Source of the DNA: Macrostomum hystrix
Taxonomy: Eukaryota > Animalia > Platyhelminthes
NCBI GenBank assembly: GCA_950097015.1
Contig: CATNEN010000013.1
Span: 620,001 to 684,000 of the forward strand
Direction: 5' to 3'
Length of the DNA: 64,000 nt
The notes beneath the pieces were generated by a model, which was not told the DNA's origin, searched no databases, and saw nothing but the letters and a program-made list of their open reading frames with translations. Made by a program: the position numbers and the translations under genes. Of this stretch, positions 1 through 12,587 are shown in pieces. Position 1 is the stretch's first letter. The number at the start of each line of letters is the position of its first letter.

Positions 1-404
1 GCAAAATATTCATGTAGCAAATATCGAGACGAGTAGAGATTTAGAGCAGCTATATAATGCGAAGCATTCACACATACCCGATTGCAAAAAAGCATTTGTT
101 TCCTAATCGGACGGTTGCTATAGGCTTTGGGAGAATTTTAGGAGATTGCGTTTAAGCGATGGATAATTATGGACAATTATTATATCTGCATTTAGACTTG
201 TCAAAAATTTTGAATAGATTGGTGGATATTTGACAGACTGATTATATAAATTGACAGATAGATTGACATATAGGTAAGGTATTGTATAGGTATATAGGTA
301 TAGGTATAGGCATTGACATATATCCATATATATATATGGATTGACAGATAGATTTAATAGAGTTATAGATCGATAGGTAGATTAAATTGACTGATAGATT
401 GACA

Positions 405-800
405 GTTAAGATTAGATGGATTGGTAGATTAGATGGATTGATAGATTAGATGGATTGATAGATTAGATGGATTGATAGGAAATTGACAGGTAAGATTAGA
501 TGGATTGGTAGATTAGATGGATTGATAGATTAGATGGATTGATAGATTAGATGGATTGATAGATTAGATGGATTGATAGGAAATTGACAGGTAAGATTAG
601 ATGGATTGGTAGATTAGATGGATTGATAGATTAGATGGATTGATAGATTAGATGGATTGATAGGAAATTGACAGGTAAGATTAGATGGATTGGTAGATTA
701 GATGGATTGATAGATTAGATGGATTGATAGATTAGATGGATTGATAGATTAGATGGATTGATAGGAAATTGACAGATAAGATTAGATGGATTGGTAGATT
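405..800. repeat. 17-bp minisatellite (GATTAGATGGATTGATA)n with periodic longer variant
   Basis: Tandem copies read directly, interrupted periodically by GGAAATTGACAGGTAA. Confidence 0.95.
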
Positions 801-1473
801 GACAGGTAAAGATTAAATGAATTTATAGGTAGACATGTAGATTTGACAGATACGGAAATAGATCAGATAGATTGATTGACTGGTAGATTAGAGGAATAGA
901 TGCGTAGATAGACGGACTTAACAGAGCGGAAGCGGGATCGTACTGAAACGCGTTCCAGCTGCCATTTCGTTGGCTGCCCTGGAATGGGAGAATAATATTC
1001 TTTTATGGGACTTTAGCACGCGAATCCCCAAGGGGCGGGCCGGAACAGTCTAATGATAGGATTCTTTTAGGGGGCATGCTCTGTTGGCCGCAGTCGCACG
1101 GATAGAAGCAAAGTTTAGCGCAATAGACTGGAGTGCCAGAGCGGATCTGAGGTTAGGGATTGGGTTGCGCCCGGCCTCCGAGTTACAACAGACGAATGGA
1201 TTGATTCGGGAATCCACCGCTCGCGGGGCGCACTTTTCCCACTTTCCATTTGCACTTGAACCTCGGTGAGCTGACACAGAGAGCAGAAGGAACTGCCACT
1301 CGTTTTTTTTATTTTTTTAACGAAGCCTTTGAGCTGTCTGTCGGCAGGAGCGGTAATTGCGATCTGGCTTTCTGCTTTCTTTTTTTACCTACACACCGTC
1401 TCACAATCTGATCAGGCAGCTCAAGGTGACTTGTTTGGGAGTGAATGAATTCAACAGGTCAATTGGGTTTTCT

Positions 1474-3006
1474 TCAGCTCAGAATTCGCAACAGCTGCAT
1501 TGCGGTGAAGGCTAGCGTGACGGTTGACAAATGCGGGCCCGCTGATGAGACGGCAGTCGGGCCGGAGCTCAGGTACTCGAGGCCGAGGCCGAGGCTCCAG
1601 CCCAGTGCGTCGCTGTTGCCCAGAGCGGAGAATTCGGCAGCCTCCGGCAGCCGCAGGCCGTGGCTGAGCAGCGCCGAGATGACGGCCGTGCTGATGCAAT
1701 AGTAGGGCGAGAAGCGGTCTGATCTTGGCGGGTCGCTGCAGACTCGACGGACGGCCCCAGCCAAATCGCCGACGGTGCCAGTGAAGGCGTTGCAGCGCAA
1801 GCCGCGGCTGACCGCAGCCCGGCAGGTTGCGTCATCGGGCCGAATGTTCGGCGCCAGGCCGTTCTGGTGGAGGAACTGGACCAGGAAGTACACGCTGCCA
1901 ATGCCGTACAGAGGCCAGTGGCTGCCGCCGCGAGCAAGGTCGACTTCGTCGTGCACTTCGAGCTGTCGGACCAGGCGTCGGGCCAGATCGGAGCAGACGT
2001 TGACCCGGCGCTCATCGGCCACGCCAGCCTCGCCAAGTAGGCGAACATCGGCCGAGCCGAAGCTGAAGTTAAGCGCCAGACTTGGAGCTATGCAAGGCGT
2101 TGAAATCTGCGTCATTGCCGGCCACGCGTCGGCGACGCTGGCCTCGTCGGCCTGGTAGCCGATGATGCGCAAGACGGACTCCTTGAAGCCGAGGCCCAAG
2201 TAGCTGTGTGTGTGCACTCGATAGTAGCGCCCGCCGCGCAGCTGGAAGATCGCCTTGCCCGCCGGCTCCTCGAAGGCCACCTGAAGCGAGCCGCCGCCGA
2301 CCTCCACTATCGGCTTCGTGACGGCGCCGACGTGCTGGAAGCTGCCCAGCAGGAAGTTCACGGCGATCCAAGAGTACTTCGCCTCGTCGCTGCCGCTGAG
2401 CATTCGCACCAGTTCAGCGTCGTCTGTCGGCACGCGGAAGACGGACCTGCGGAGTGCGGCTCGCGCCTCCTTAGCGACCTGCACCCTGGCGTGGGCCTTC
2501 ATGAGGCGGAAGCCAGCGGTGGCCCGCAGAATAGCCGAGGTGTCGGCGTGAATCGCCTGCGGAATGCCTTCGGCCACTTCGCCCAGAAGCTTCTCCAGCA
2601 TCTGCCGGCACCGCGGCGGGTTCCGTTCAAAATTCGACAAGCCCAGGTCGCTCTTTCGCTTATAGACGCTGACGTAGTCGAGGCCGATTGGGTTGGACCT
2701 GTTGACGCGGAACTGGTAGGCCAATGCCCGCGTGCCCGAGGAGCCGGCGTCCAGGATCACCAGGTAGACGGCTCCGCTTGGTGGCGGCTGCTGCGGCGGC
2801 GTCTGCGGCGACGAGGCGCTGTCTTCGAACTCGCCGCCGCTGTCGCCGGCACCGTCGGTGATGATGGCTGTATTGACTGTATCCTGCTGTGCCCGACGGC
2901 TTCGGTGCCGCCGACTGACGTCGATAGCTTCGACTGTCAGCGCAGAGACGATGAGCAGCGGGAGGAGGAGGCGAAATTGGCGGTTCCAGCTGGCCATGAC
3001 GGTCAC
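1474..3006 (-). CDS. GDA1/CD39-family nucleoside triphosphate diphosphohydrolase (apyrase, NTPDase5/6-like), single exon, 510 aa
   Basis: All five apyrase conserved regions are visible: ACR1 ILDAGSSGTR, ACR2 RATAGFRLM, ACR3 SGSDEAKYSWIAVNFLLG, ACR4 VEVGGGSLQVAF, ACR5 GWSLG, plus HSYLGLG. N-terminal signal peptide LLLPLLIVSALTVEA. Confidence 0.93.
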   Translation of the reverse strand: MTVMASWNRQFRLLLPLLIVSALTVEAIDVSRRHRSRRAQQDTVNTAIITDGAGDSGGEFEDSASSPQTPPQQPPPSGAVYLVILDAGSSGTRALAYQFRVNRSNPIGLDYVSVYKRKSDLGLSNFERNPPRCRQMLEKLLGEVAEGIPQAIHADTSAILRATAGFRLMKAHARVQVAKEARAALRRSVFRVPTDDAELVRMLSGSDEAKYSWIAVNFLLGSFQHVGAVTKPIVEVGGGSLQVAFEEPAGKAIFQLRGGRYYRVHTHSYLGLGFKESVLRIIGYQADEASVADAWPAMTQISTPCIAPSLALNFSFGSADVRLLGEAGVADERRVNVCSDLARRLVRQLEVHDEVDLARGGSHWPLYGIGSVYFLVQFLHQNGLAPNIRPDDATCRAAVSRGLRCNAFTGTVGDLAGAVRRVCSDPPRSDRFSPYYCISTAVISALLSHGLRLPEAAEFSALGNSDALGWSLGLGLEYLSSGPTAVSSAGPHLSTVTLAFTAMQLLRILS

Positions 3007-4485
3007 TGCGGCTGGTGCAAACTGCGGGGGCTGGCGACAGTGTAGCTCTGCCCTTCTAGCCCTGTGCTTCGTGTTTTGTGCCTTCTAGTGCCAGAACAAT
3101 CTGTCCAATAGTAGCCCTCGCCATTCGCCATTGGCTATTAGACAATTCAGCATGTTTCGTCGGCTCCCTCGAGCCTGTAGGGCCGGGGATGCTGCTCAGG
3201 CGTCCGGGATGAAGTGGCTGCGGTGGATCCAGCTGGAAGCGGATGTAGAGGCTGGGGGGTTGTCTGGCGCAGAGCAGGTCAAATTGAGCCGCACCGGTTT
3301 GACTAATGCCGACTTAGGGCGAAAGGCGAGGAAATAGGAGAAAGGTTTAGTGCAGTGCTAAAAAAATCCGATGAGACAGGCTTCAATAACAGCCAGCTGT
3401 GCGAGTTCCGCTTCAGGGATGCCACCTCGCCCTTGAGGTGGGGGGGGCAGATCGGGGATTTTCTACCCGCTTGAGGGAGCGATGAAGAGGGTCGGATAAA
3501 TGGGACGCAAAGCGGATATATTGTTCAAGCTTAGGAAAATTATCACAGTCATTTTCTCCCAAGGGGGAACAGCTCCCCTGCAGTATTAAGAGTGAAAGCC
3601 TATTTTAGTAATTTCGAAAGATTGCCTTTATTTATCCTTTTGCTGAGCTCAAAAAGCGCTTTGAATATCGAGTCTTTGAGTTGGCTGATTGATGCACAAT
3701 GCACCTACGTTTACAGTCCGGGGAAGTGGGTCAATAATTAATAGCTCATCAAAGCGCAGTTGTATTGGCTCAAGTCCAGCTCAAGTGCTCAAACACCAGT
3801 AAAATCTGGCATTCTGGCAAATTCAAATTGGGCATTAGTTGTTTCGTACTTTTTGGTCGTTAATTGGCGAACAAATGTGCGTTAAATTTGTTCATATTTG
3901 ATGCACTGAAGCCGGTTTTTGTTGCAGAAGTGCTTTCACAACCCATTCCTAGGCTTCTGACCCTCTAGCCTGGCTAAAGACGAACCAACTGCCACCCCAT
4001 CTGAGGGTCGCTTTAGTCCCTAGCAATGGCCGGGCTATGGCACTTGCTAAAGTGGAACTCCCATGGGGTCGCTTTGATTGGCACGATTAATTATGATCCC
4101 AGGCTGCTGCTGCTGCTGCTGCTGGCGCTGCTGCTGCTGCAAGTCTAAGCGCTTCATCATGTCAGTGACACGGCTGCACGTGTGTCTCCCCTACCGTCTG
4201 AGTGGAGTGTGTGTGTGTGTGTCCTCACAATGATAGGCCTACACTGCCTTCCTGGGAACTGTGAGATCCCAGCGCCTCCTAGTCCTTAACTCGGCGAAGT
4301 GTGATCGGTTAGCAAGCCGTCATCAGGGAATATGAAAGTGTCAGCTAAGCTTGCCGATAACGAGGCCTAAGGTCAACAGCGCTTGGCACCGCTGGCAAGA
4401 GAGAGATAGAGAAATGGGGAGGAAAGACAAGGCAAAGTGGAGAGACGTAAGAGGAAAGAAGGACAGACAGAGAGGAGAGAAGAAA

Positions 4486-5043
4486 GAGGACAGAGGACAG
4501 AGGACAGAGGACAGAGGACAGATGACAGAGGACAGATGACAGAGGACAGAGGACAGAGGACAGAGGACAGAGGACAGAGGACAGAGGACAGAGGACAGAG
4601 GACAGAGGACAGAGGACAGAGGACAGAGGACAGATGACAGAGGACAGAGGACAGAGGACAGAGGACAGAGGACAGAGGACAGAGGACAGATGACAGAGGA
4701 CAGAGGACAGAGGACAGAGGACAGAGAACAGAGGACAGAGGACAGAGGACAGAGGACAGAGGACAGATGACAGAGGACAGAGGACAGAGGACAGAGGACA
4801 GAGGACAGAGGACAGAGGACAGATGACAGATGACAGAGGACAGAGGACAGAGGACAGAGGACAGAGGACAGAGGACAGAGGACAGAGGACAGATGACAGA
4901 GGACAGATGACAGAGGACAGAGGACAGAGGACAGAGGACAGAGGACAGAGGACAGAGGACAGAGGACAGATGACAGAGGACAGAGGACAGATGACAGAGG
5001 ACAGAGGACAGAGGACAGAGGACAGAGGACAGAGGACAGAGGA
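4486..5043. repeat. 7-bp tandem repeat (GACAGAG)n with GACAGAT variants
   Basis: Direct reading. Confidence 0.97.
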
Positions 5044-5407
5044 CGGCCTAGACTCCGTTAAAATAAATACCTTGCGAAAAATTATTTACTCCAAGTTTTT
5101 TTCCTAGCTTGCAAAAGTGAAAGAAATTCGGAATGAAGCAATAGTTATCGAAGGTCAGATGCAGAAATATAAAATTGCTTTTCTTGCTAGTCTAACAGCT
5201 GCTTTATCCAGGCACCTCTGGTGATGATTTCTTAGAAAACCACAAATATTGCTTCTTATTTGGCGGATCTCCTGCTTTCTGTAATTTTCTATTCTATCAG
5301 ATAGTGACGGAATTCATAATGGGATTTTGTCGGCAATCGATAAAATGCTCACTTACCCAGAGAAATAAATATCCCTCATGGAGGGTGTCAGGACTCATTT
5401 GCCTTTC

Positions 5408-5452
5408 ACACCAAGGTCCCTGAGCTCGATTCCGCGGCGAGGTCACAGTGAG
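5408..5452 (+). mobile_element. Fragment of SINE family 2 head
   Basis: CACCAAGGTCCCTGAGCTCGATTCCGCGG is identical to the corresponding part of the copy at 39216-39480. Confidence 0.75.
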
Positions 5453-5460
5453 AGTCTCAC

Positions 5461-5665
5461 GATGCTTATATGCTCATTGACATGACTGCTCATACTAAAT
5501 GATCTATGCTCATCGACATGACTGCTCATACTAAATGATCTATGCTCATCGTCATGACTGCTCATACTGAATGATCTATGCTCATTGTCATGACTGCTCA
5601 TACTGAATGATCTATGCTCATTGTCATGACTGCTCATACTGAATGCTCAGTGTTCATTGTCATGA
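5461..5665. repeat. 36-bp minisatellite, about 5 copies (ATGCTCATTGTCATGACTGCTCATACTGAATGATCT)
   Basis: Direct reading; explains the MSSHDNEHRSFS ORF. Confidence 0.93.
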
Positions 5666-6407
5666 CAATGGAATATAATACAAACTCTACATTGTACGGT
5701 TTTTTTACATTCTATATTCTGTGCGAATGACTGCAAATAAATGAGTTAATTATCTAAGCTAACTATAGATTTAGAACAATGTCATGTCTAGAGCTGGAGA
5801 TTTTGAAAGGGCGGAATTCAGAGGAAAACTCTGGGATAAAAAATGTGAGCATAAGGCTTCAACATAATTTGCGTGAATCCTTTTCTGCCACTCACTAATC
5901 AGCTGATTGACTTATGGGGATAAATCTAATTTTCATTGTGCAGGAAGGGCAGTCGAGACCGATAAAGCCTATTTTGCGGCAAGCTCAAAGCTCGGGGCCG
6001 GATGCTCAACTCAATTGACTGCCGAAATCCGTGACTGGTCACGGGCTCTGCGGAAGGACTTTTTCCCCGCAGCCAAACCTCCCAAGGGAGGGGGCGCCGA
6101 TGGCAAAAGTAGCATGAAATGACCGTCGAGAGCAATACTTACCGGCTTCAGCGGCTCCGGTAAGGTACAGCATTCTATTTTTAGCATTCAAATTTGGAGG
6201 AATAAACAGGCTCTAACTAGACTAGACTAACAATACCACCGTTGGCCAGTTTATGGTCAGCTGATAAGCTTAATGACAGGATGTACCTGCAGTGCATAGA
6301 GTCTGTAACTCATTGCATTTACTGTTTACAACATACGTACTTTACTAAAAGACTCATTAACTCAGACTTACCCACTTACAGACTTCGAAATCTAATAGCG
6401 CCATAAA

Positions 6408-8745
6408 GCTTACAGCATCCTACAGCTTACAGCATCCTACAGCTTACAGCATCCTACAGCTTACAGCATCCTACAGCTTACAGCATCCTACAGCTTACAG
6501 CATCCTACAGCTTACAGCATGCTACAGCTTAGAGCATGCTACAGCTTACAGCATCCTACAGCTTACAGCATCCTACAGCTTACAGCATCCTACAGCTTAC
6601 AGCATCCTACAGCTTACAGCATCCTACAGCTTACAGCATCCTACAGCTAACAGCATTCCACAGCTTACAGCAGCCTAAAACTTACAGCAAGCCTACAGCT
6701 TAGAGCATGCTACAGCTTACAGCATCCTACAGCTTACAGCATCCTTCAGCTAACAACATTCTACAGCTTACAGCATCCTACAGCTTAGAGCATGCTACAG
6801 CTTACAGGATCCATCAGCTTACAGCATCCTTCAGCTAACAACATTCTACAGCTTACAGCATCCTACAGCTTACAGCAAGTTTACAGCATTCTACAGCTTA
6901 CAGCATCCTACAGCTTACAGCATCCTACAGTTTACAGCATCCTAATGCTAACAGCATCCTACAGCTTATAGCAAGCCTACAGCTTACAGCATGCTACAGC
7001 TTACAGCATCCATCAGCTTACAGCATCCTACAGCTTACAGCAAGCCTACAGCTTACAGCATCCTACAGCTTACAGCAAGCCTACAGCTTACAGAATTCTA
7101 CAGCTTACAGCAAGCCTACAGCTTACAGCATGCTACAGCTTACAGCATCCGAATGCTAACAGAATCCTACAGCTTATAGCAAGCCTACAGCTACAGTATC
7201 CTACAGCTTACAGCATGCTACAGCTTACAGCAAGTCTACAGCTTACAGCATTATTCAGCTAACAACTTCTACAGCTTACAGCATCCTACAGCTTACAGCA
7301 TGCTACAGCTTACAGAAAGCCTATACAGCTTACAGCATCCGAATGCTAACAACATTCTACAGCTTACAGCATCCTACAGCTTACAGCATGCTACAGCTTA
7401 CAGCAAGCCTACAGCTTACAGCATCCGAATGCTAACAGCATCCTACAGCTTATAGCAAGCCTACAGCTTACAGCATGCTACAGCTTACAGCATCCATCAG
7501 CTTACAGCATCCTACAGCTTACAGCAAGCCTACAGCTTACAGCATCCTACAGCTTACAGCAAGCCTACAGCTTACAGAATTCTACAGCTTACAGCAAGCC
7601 TACAGCTTACAGCATGCTACAGCTTACAGCATCCGAATGCTAACAGAATCCTACAGCTTATAGCAAGCCTACAGCTACAGCATCCTACAGCTTACAGCAT
7701 GCTACAGCTTACAGCAAGTCTACAGCTTACAGCATTATTCAGCTAACAACTTCTACAGCTTACAGCATCCTACAGCTTACAGCATGCTACAGCTAACAAC
7801 ATCCTACAGCTTACAGCATGCTACAGCTTACAGAAAGCCTATACAGCTTACAGCATCCGAATGCTAACAACATTCTACAGCTTACAGCATCCTACAGCTT
7901 ACAGCATGCTACAGCTTACAGCAAGCCTACAGCTTACAGCATCCGAATGCTAACAGCATCCGAATGCTAACAGCATCCTACAGCTTATAGCAAGCCTACA
8001 GCTTACAGCATGCTACAGCTTACAGCATCCATCAGCTTACAGCATCCTACAGCTTACAGCAAGCCTACAGCTTACAGCATCCTACAGCTTACAGCAAGCC
8101 TACAGCTTACAGCATCCTACAGCTTACAGCAAGCCTACAGCTTACAGAATTCTACAGCTTACAGCAAGCCTACAGCTTACAGCATGCTACAGCTTACAGC
8201 ATCCGAATGCTAACAGAATCCTACAGCTTATAGCAAGCCTACAGCTACAGCATCCTACAGCTTACAGCATGCTACAGCTTACAGCAAGTCTACAGCTTAC
8301 AGCATTATTCAGCTAACAACTTCTACAGCTTACAGCATCCTACAGCTTACAGCATGCTACAGCTAACAACATCCTACAGCTTACAGCATGCTACAGCTTA
8401 CAGAAAGCCTATACAGCTTACAGCATCCGAATGCTAACAACATTCTACAGCTTACAGCATCCTACAGCTTACAGCATGCTACAGCTTACAGCAAGCCTAC
8501 AGCTTACAGCATCCGAATGCTAACAGCATTCTACAGCTTACAGCATCCTACAGCTTACAGCAAGCCTACAGCTTACAGCAAGCCTACAGCTTACAGCATC
8601 CGAATGCTAACAGCATTCTACAGCTTACAGCATCCTACAGCTTACAGCAAGCCTACAGCTTACAGCATGGTACAGCATACAGCATCCGAATGCTAACAGC
8701 ATTCTACAGCTTACAGCATCCTACAGCTTTCAGCATCCTACAGCA
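6408..8745. repeat. 17-bp minisatellite (ACAGCTTACAGCATCCT)n with about 0.5-kb higher-order blocks
   Basis: Direct reading; near-identical ORF fragments recur at 6991, 7475 and 8010. Confidence 0.97.
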
Positions 8746-9647
8746 TACTGTCAACAGAATCTTGCAGCCCGGTAGACTTCAAGCAGCTCCGCTGATTGTG
8801 CCAGCCGCCAGGCATCTGCAGATAGAATTTGAGTTAGGCCAGCTGTGCACTCGGACACAATTCCTGATTTAACATCCCAGGGTCCGCTTCCCTATTCAAT
8901 CTCATTGAATTCTCCCCAACCATTGCCCACCATTCAATGCTTGGCCAAGGGTTGTGCACGCGTGTGTGTTGTGTTTGTTTAATCCCAGCGCAAGGAATAA
9001 AAATGCGTGCAAAGAGAATGGAATGGGATAAGGGACGACGGTGATAAAGTGCGGAGATCCGCCCAAAGGATTAATGGTCTCTCAAGCCCGGGCTACCCCC
9101 AAGCCCATCAACCCACCTCAATGTCCCGCGGGCAAAGTCAATCGACCTTCCCCCATCATATAACTGGCTAAGACTGAACGGATTTTCACTTTTTTGTCAT
9201 TACATTCTAGAGATGTTTTTTCTTCTGAAAGAGGTCCTGTACAGTGATCAGATGATTTAAGATGCCGATAGTTCTCATAGATGACTGTGTTGCCAACATT
9301 CGGTATGAAACAATTATTTTTTAATTCATTCTAGACTGACTACTCAATGTGAATCAGTAGTAGTACATTTAGGTGTATCAAAGATGCTTGTCGAAGACCA
9401 TGGTGACAAGGACAGCTAACATATAACATATTGAACCCGTAATGGTTCCCGCAAATAATTGAAGCGAATATTCGCGCAATAGCAGGTAGCATGCGGATTG
9501 GTCTGCCGATTTTGGATCCCTGTGAGACACCTTTTTGTAACTCGGTGTTGATAATACAGTTTCTAAATTAATAAAATCATACTTATATTTTTCACCGGGT
9601 CAAAGCCAGGGGTATTCAGTCGGCTATTCCTCTTCCATCACGTCCTA

Positions 9648-12238
9648 TCTCTCCTCCTCCCTCTCACCCACTCTCTCCTCCTCCCTCTCACCCACTCTCT
9701 CCTCCTCCCTCTCACTCACTCTCTCCTCCTCCCTCTCACCCACTCTCTCCTCCTCCCTCTCACCCACTCTCTCCTCCTCCCTCTCACCCACTCTCTCCTC
9801 CTCCCTCTCACCCACTCTCTCCTCCTCCCTCTCACCCACTCTCTCCTCCTCCCTCTCACCCACTCTCTCCTCCCTCTCACCCACTCTCTCCTCCTCCCTC
9901 TCACCCACTCTCTCCTCCTCCCTCTCACCCACTCTCTCCTCCTCCCTCTCACCCACTCTCTCCTCCTCCCTCTCACCCACTCTCTCCTCCTCCCTCTCAC
10001 CCACTCTCTCCTCCCTCTCACCCACTCTCTCCTCCTCCCTCTCACCCACTCTCTCCTCCCTCTCACCCACTCTCTCCTCCCTCTCACCCACTCTCTCCTC
10101 CTCCCTCTCACCCACTCTCTCCTCCTCCCTCTCACCCACTCTCTCCTCCCTCTCACCCACTCTCTCCTCCTCCCTCTCACCCACTCTCTCCTCCCTCTCA
10201 CCCACTCTCTCCTCCTCCCTCTCACCCACTCTCTCCTCCTCCCTCTCACCCACTCTCTCCTCCTCCCTCTCACCCACTCTCTCCTCCTCCCTCTCACCCA
10301 CTCTCTCCTCCCTCTCACCCACTCTCTCCTCCTCCCTCTCACCCACTCTCTCCTCCTCCCTCTCACCCACTCTCTCCTCCTCCCTCTCACCCACTCTCTC
10401 CTCCTCCCTCTCACCCACTCTCTCCTCCCTCTCACCCACTCTCTCCTCCTCCCTCTCACCCACTCTCTCCTCCTCCCTCTCACCCACTCTCTCCTCCTCC
10501 CTCTCACCCACTCTCTCCTCCTCCCTCTCACCCACTCTCTCCTCCCTCTCACCCACTCTCTTCTCCTCCCTCTCACCCACTCTCTCCTCCTCCCTCTCAC
10601 CCACTCTCTCCTCCCTCTCACCCACTCTCTTCTCCTCCCTCTCACCCACTCTCTCCTCCTCCCTCTCACCCACTCTCTCCTCCTCCCTCTCACCCAATCT
10701 CTCCTCCTCCCTCTCACCCACTCTCTCCTCCTCCCTCTCACCCACTCTCTCCTCCTCCCTCTCACCCACTCTCTCCTCCTCCCTCTCACCCACTCTCTCC
10801 TCCTCCCTCTCACCCACTCTCTCCTCCTCCCTCTCACCCACTCTCTCCTCCTCCCTCTCACCCACTCTCTCCTCCCTCTCACCCACTCTCTCCTCCTCCC
10901 TCTCACCCACTCTCTCCTCCTCCCTCTCACCCACTCTCTCCTCCTCCCTCTCACCCACTCTCTCCTCCTCCCTCTCACCCACTCTCTCCTCCTCCCTCTC
11001 ACCCACTCTCTCCTCCTCCCTCTCACCCACTCTCTCCTCCTCCCTGTCACCCACTCTCTCCTCCTCCCTCTCACCCACTCTCTCCTCCCTCTCACCCACT
11101 CTCTCCTCCTCCCTCTCACCCACTCTCTCCTCCTCCCTCTCACCCACTCTCTCCTCCTCCCTCTCACCCACTCTCTCCTCCTCCCTCTCACCCACTCTCT
11201 CCTCCTCCCTCTCACCCACTCTCTCCTCCTCCCTCTCACCCACTCTCTCCTCCTCCCTCTCACCCACTCTCTCCTCCCTCTCACCCACTCTCTCCTCCTC
11301 CCTCTCACCCACTCTCTCCTCCTCCCTCTCACCCACTCTCTCCTCCTCCCTCTCACCCACTCTCTCCTCCTCCCTCTCACCCACTCTCTCCTCCTCCCTC
11401 TCACCCACTCTCTCCTCCTCCCTCTCACCCACTCTCTCCTCCTCCCTCTCACCCACTCTCTCCTCCTCCCTCTCACCCACTCTCTCCTCCCTCTCACCCA
11501 CTCTCTCCTCCTCCCTCTCACCCACTCTCTCCTCCTCCCTCTCACCCACTCTCTCCTCCTCCCTCTCACCCACTCTCTCCTCCTCCCTCTCACCCACTCT
11601 CTCCTCCCTCTCACCCACTCTCTCCTCCTCCCTCTCACCCACTCTCTCCTCCTCCCTCTCACCCACTCTCTCCTCCTCCCTCTCACCCACTCTCTCCTCC
11701 TCCCTCTCACCCACTCTCTCCTCCCTCTCACCCACTCTCTTCTCCTCCCTCTCACCCACTCTCTCCTCCTCCCTCTCACCCACTCTCTCCTCCCTCTCAC
11801 CCACTCTCTTCTCCTCCCTCTCACCCACTCTCTCCTCCTCCCTCTCACCCACTCTCTCCTCCTCCCTCTCACCCAATCTCTCCTCCTCCCTCTCACCCAC
11901 TCTCTCCTCCTCCCTCTCACCCACTCTCTCCTCCTCCCTCTCACCCACTCTCTCCTCCTCCCTCTCACCCACTCTCTCCTCCTCCCTCTCACCCACTCTC
12001 TCCTCCTCCCTCTCACCCACTCTCTCCTCCTCCCTCTCACCCACTCTCTCCTCCCTCTCACCCACTCTCTCCTCCTCCCTCTCACCCACTCTCTCCTCCT
12101 CCCTCTCACCCACTCTCTCCTCCTCCCTCTCACCCACTCTCTCCTCCTCCCTCTCACCCACTCTCTCCTCCTCCCTCTCACCCACTCTCTCCTCCTCCCT
12201 CTCACCCACTCTCTCCTCCTCCCTCTCACCCACTCTCT
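9648..12238. repeat. 24/21-bp polypyrimidine minisatellite (CTCTCTCCTCCTCCCTCTCACCCA)n
   Basis: Direct reading; source of the 862-aa and 847-aa spurious ORFs. Confidence 0.98.
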
Positions 12239-12587
12239 AACGGACACACATCCTTCCATCCGTCATTCTATTTCCTATCCGCTTCGTATTAAGCGTTCAT
12301 GCACAGGTGGCATTCACAGGTAATTTGGCTATCAACAGTCAGTGAAATTCATTTCGCTAGCGTCGTATATTTGTTTATAGCTTAGGCACAGATCGCATCT
12401 ATTGGTGCTGTTTAACACGGAACATTCATTTTAGTTACTGCTTGTTTTCCAACTTTAATTAAGAATTGTCAACCGTTAGCTGATTTCTAGTAAAGATAAG
12501 GCTTAGAAAAATAATTTTCGATTAGTCCGAAACGTGAATTGTCATTGAGTTGAAAAAGGTGCGAAATTACGAGTTCAGATAATAAAA

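Noticed and set aside
1084-3088. Plus-strand and alternative-frame ORFs over the NTPDase
   Set aside because: Antisense shadows of a GC-rich CDS with no recognisable domain.
9530-9612. TCACCGGGT (miR-36 seed) with a partially complementary upstream arm
   Set aside because: Only about 8 contiguous base pairs, a loop of about 47 nt, and the 3' half is unlike known miR-36.
9645-12259. 862-aa (GEREEERV)n and 847-aa (VRGRRREW)n ORFs
   Set aside because: They lie wholly within a 24/21-bp satellite that is stop-free in several frames. There is no unique coding flank and no third-position-biased variation.
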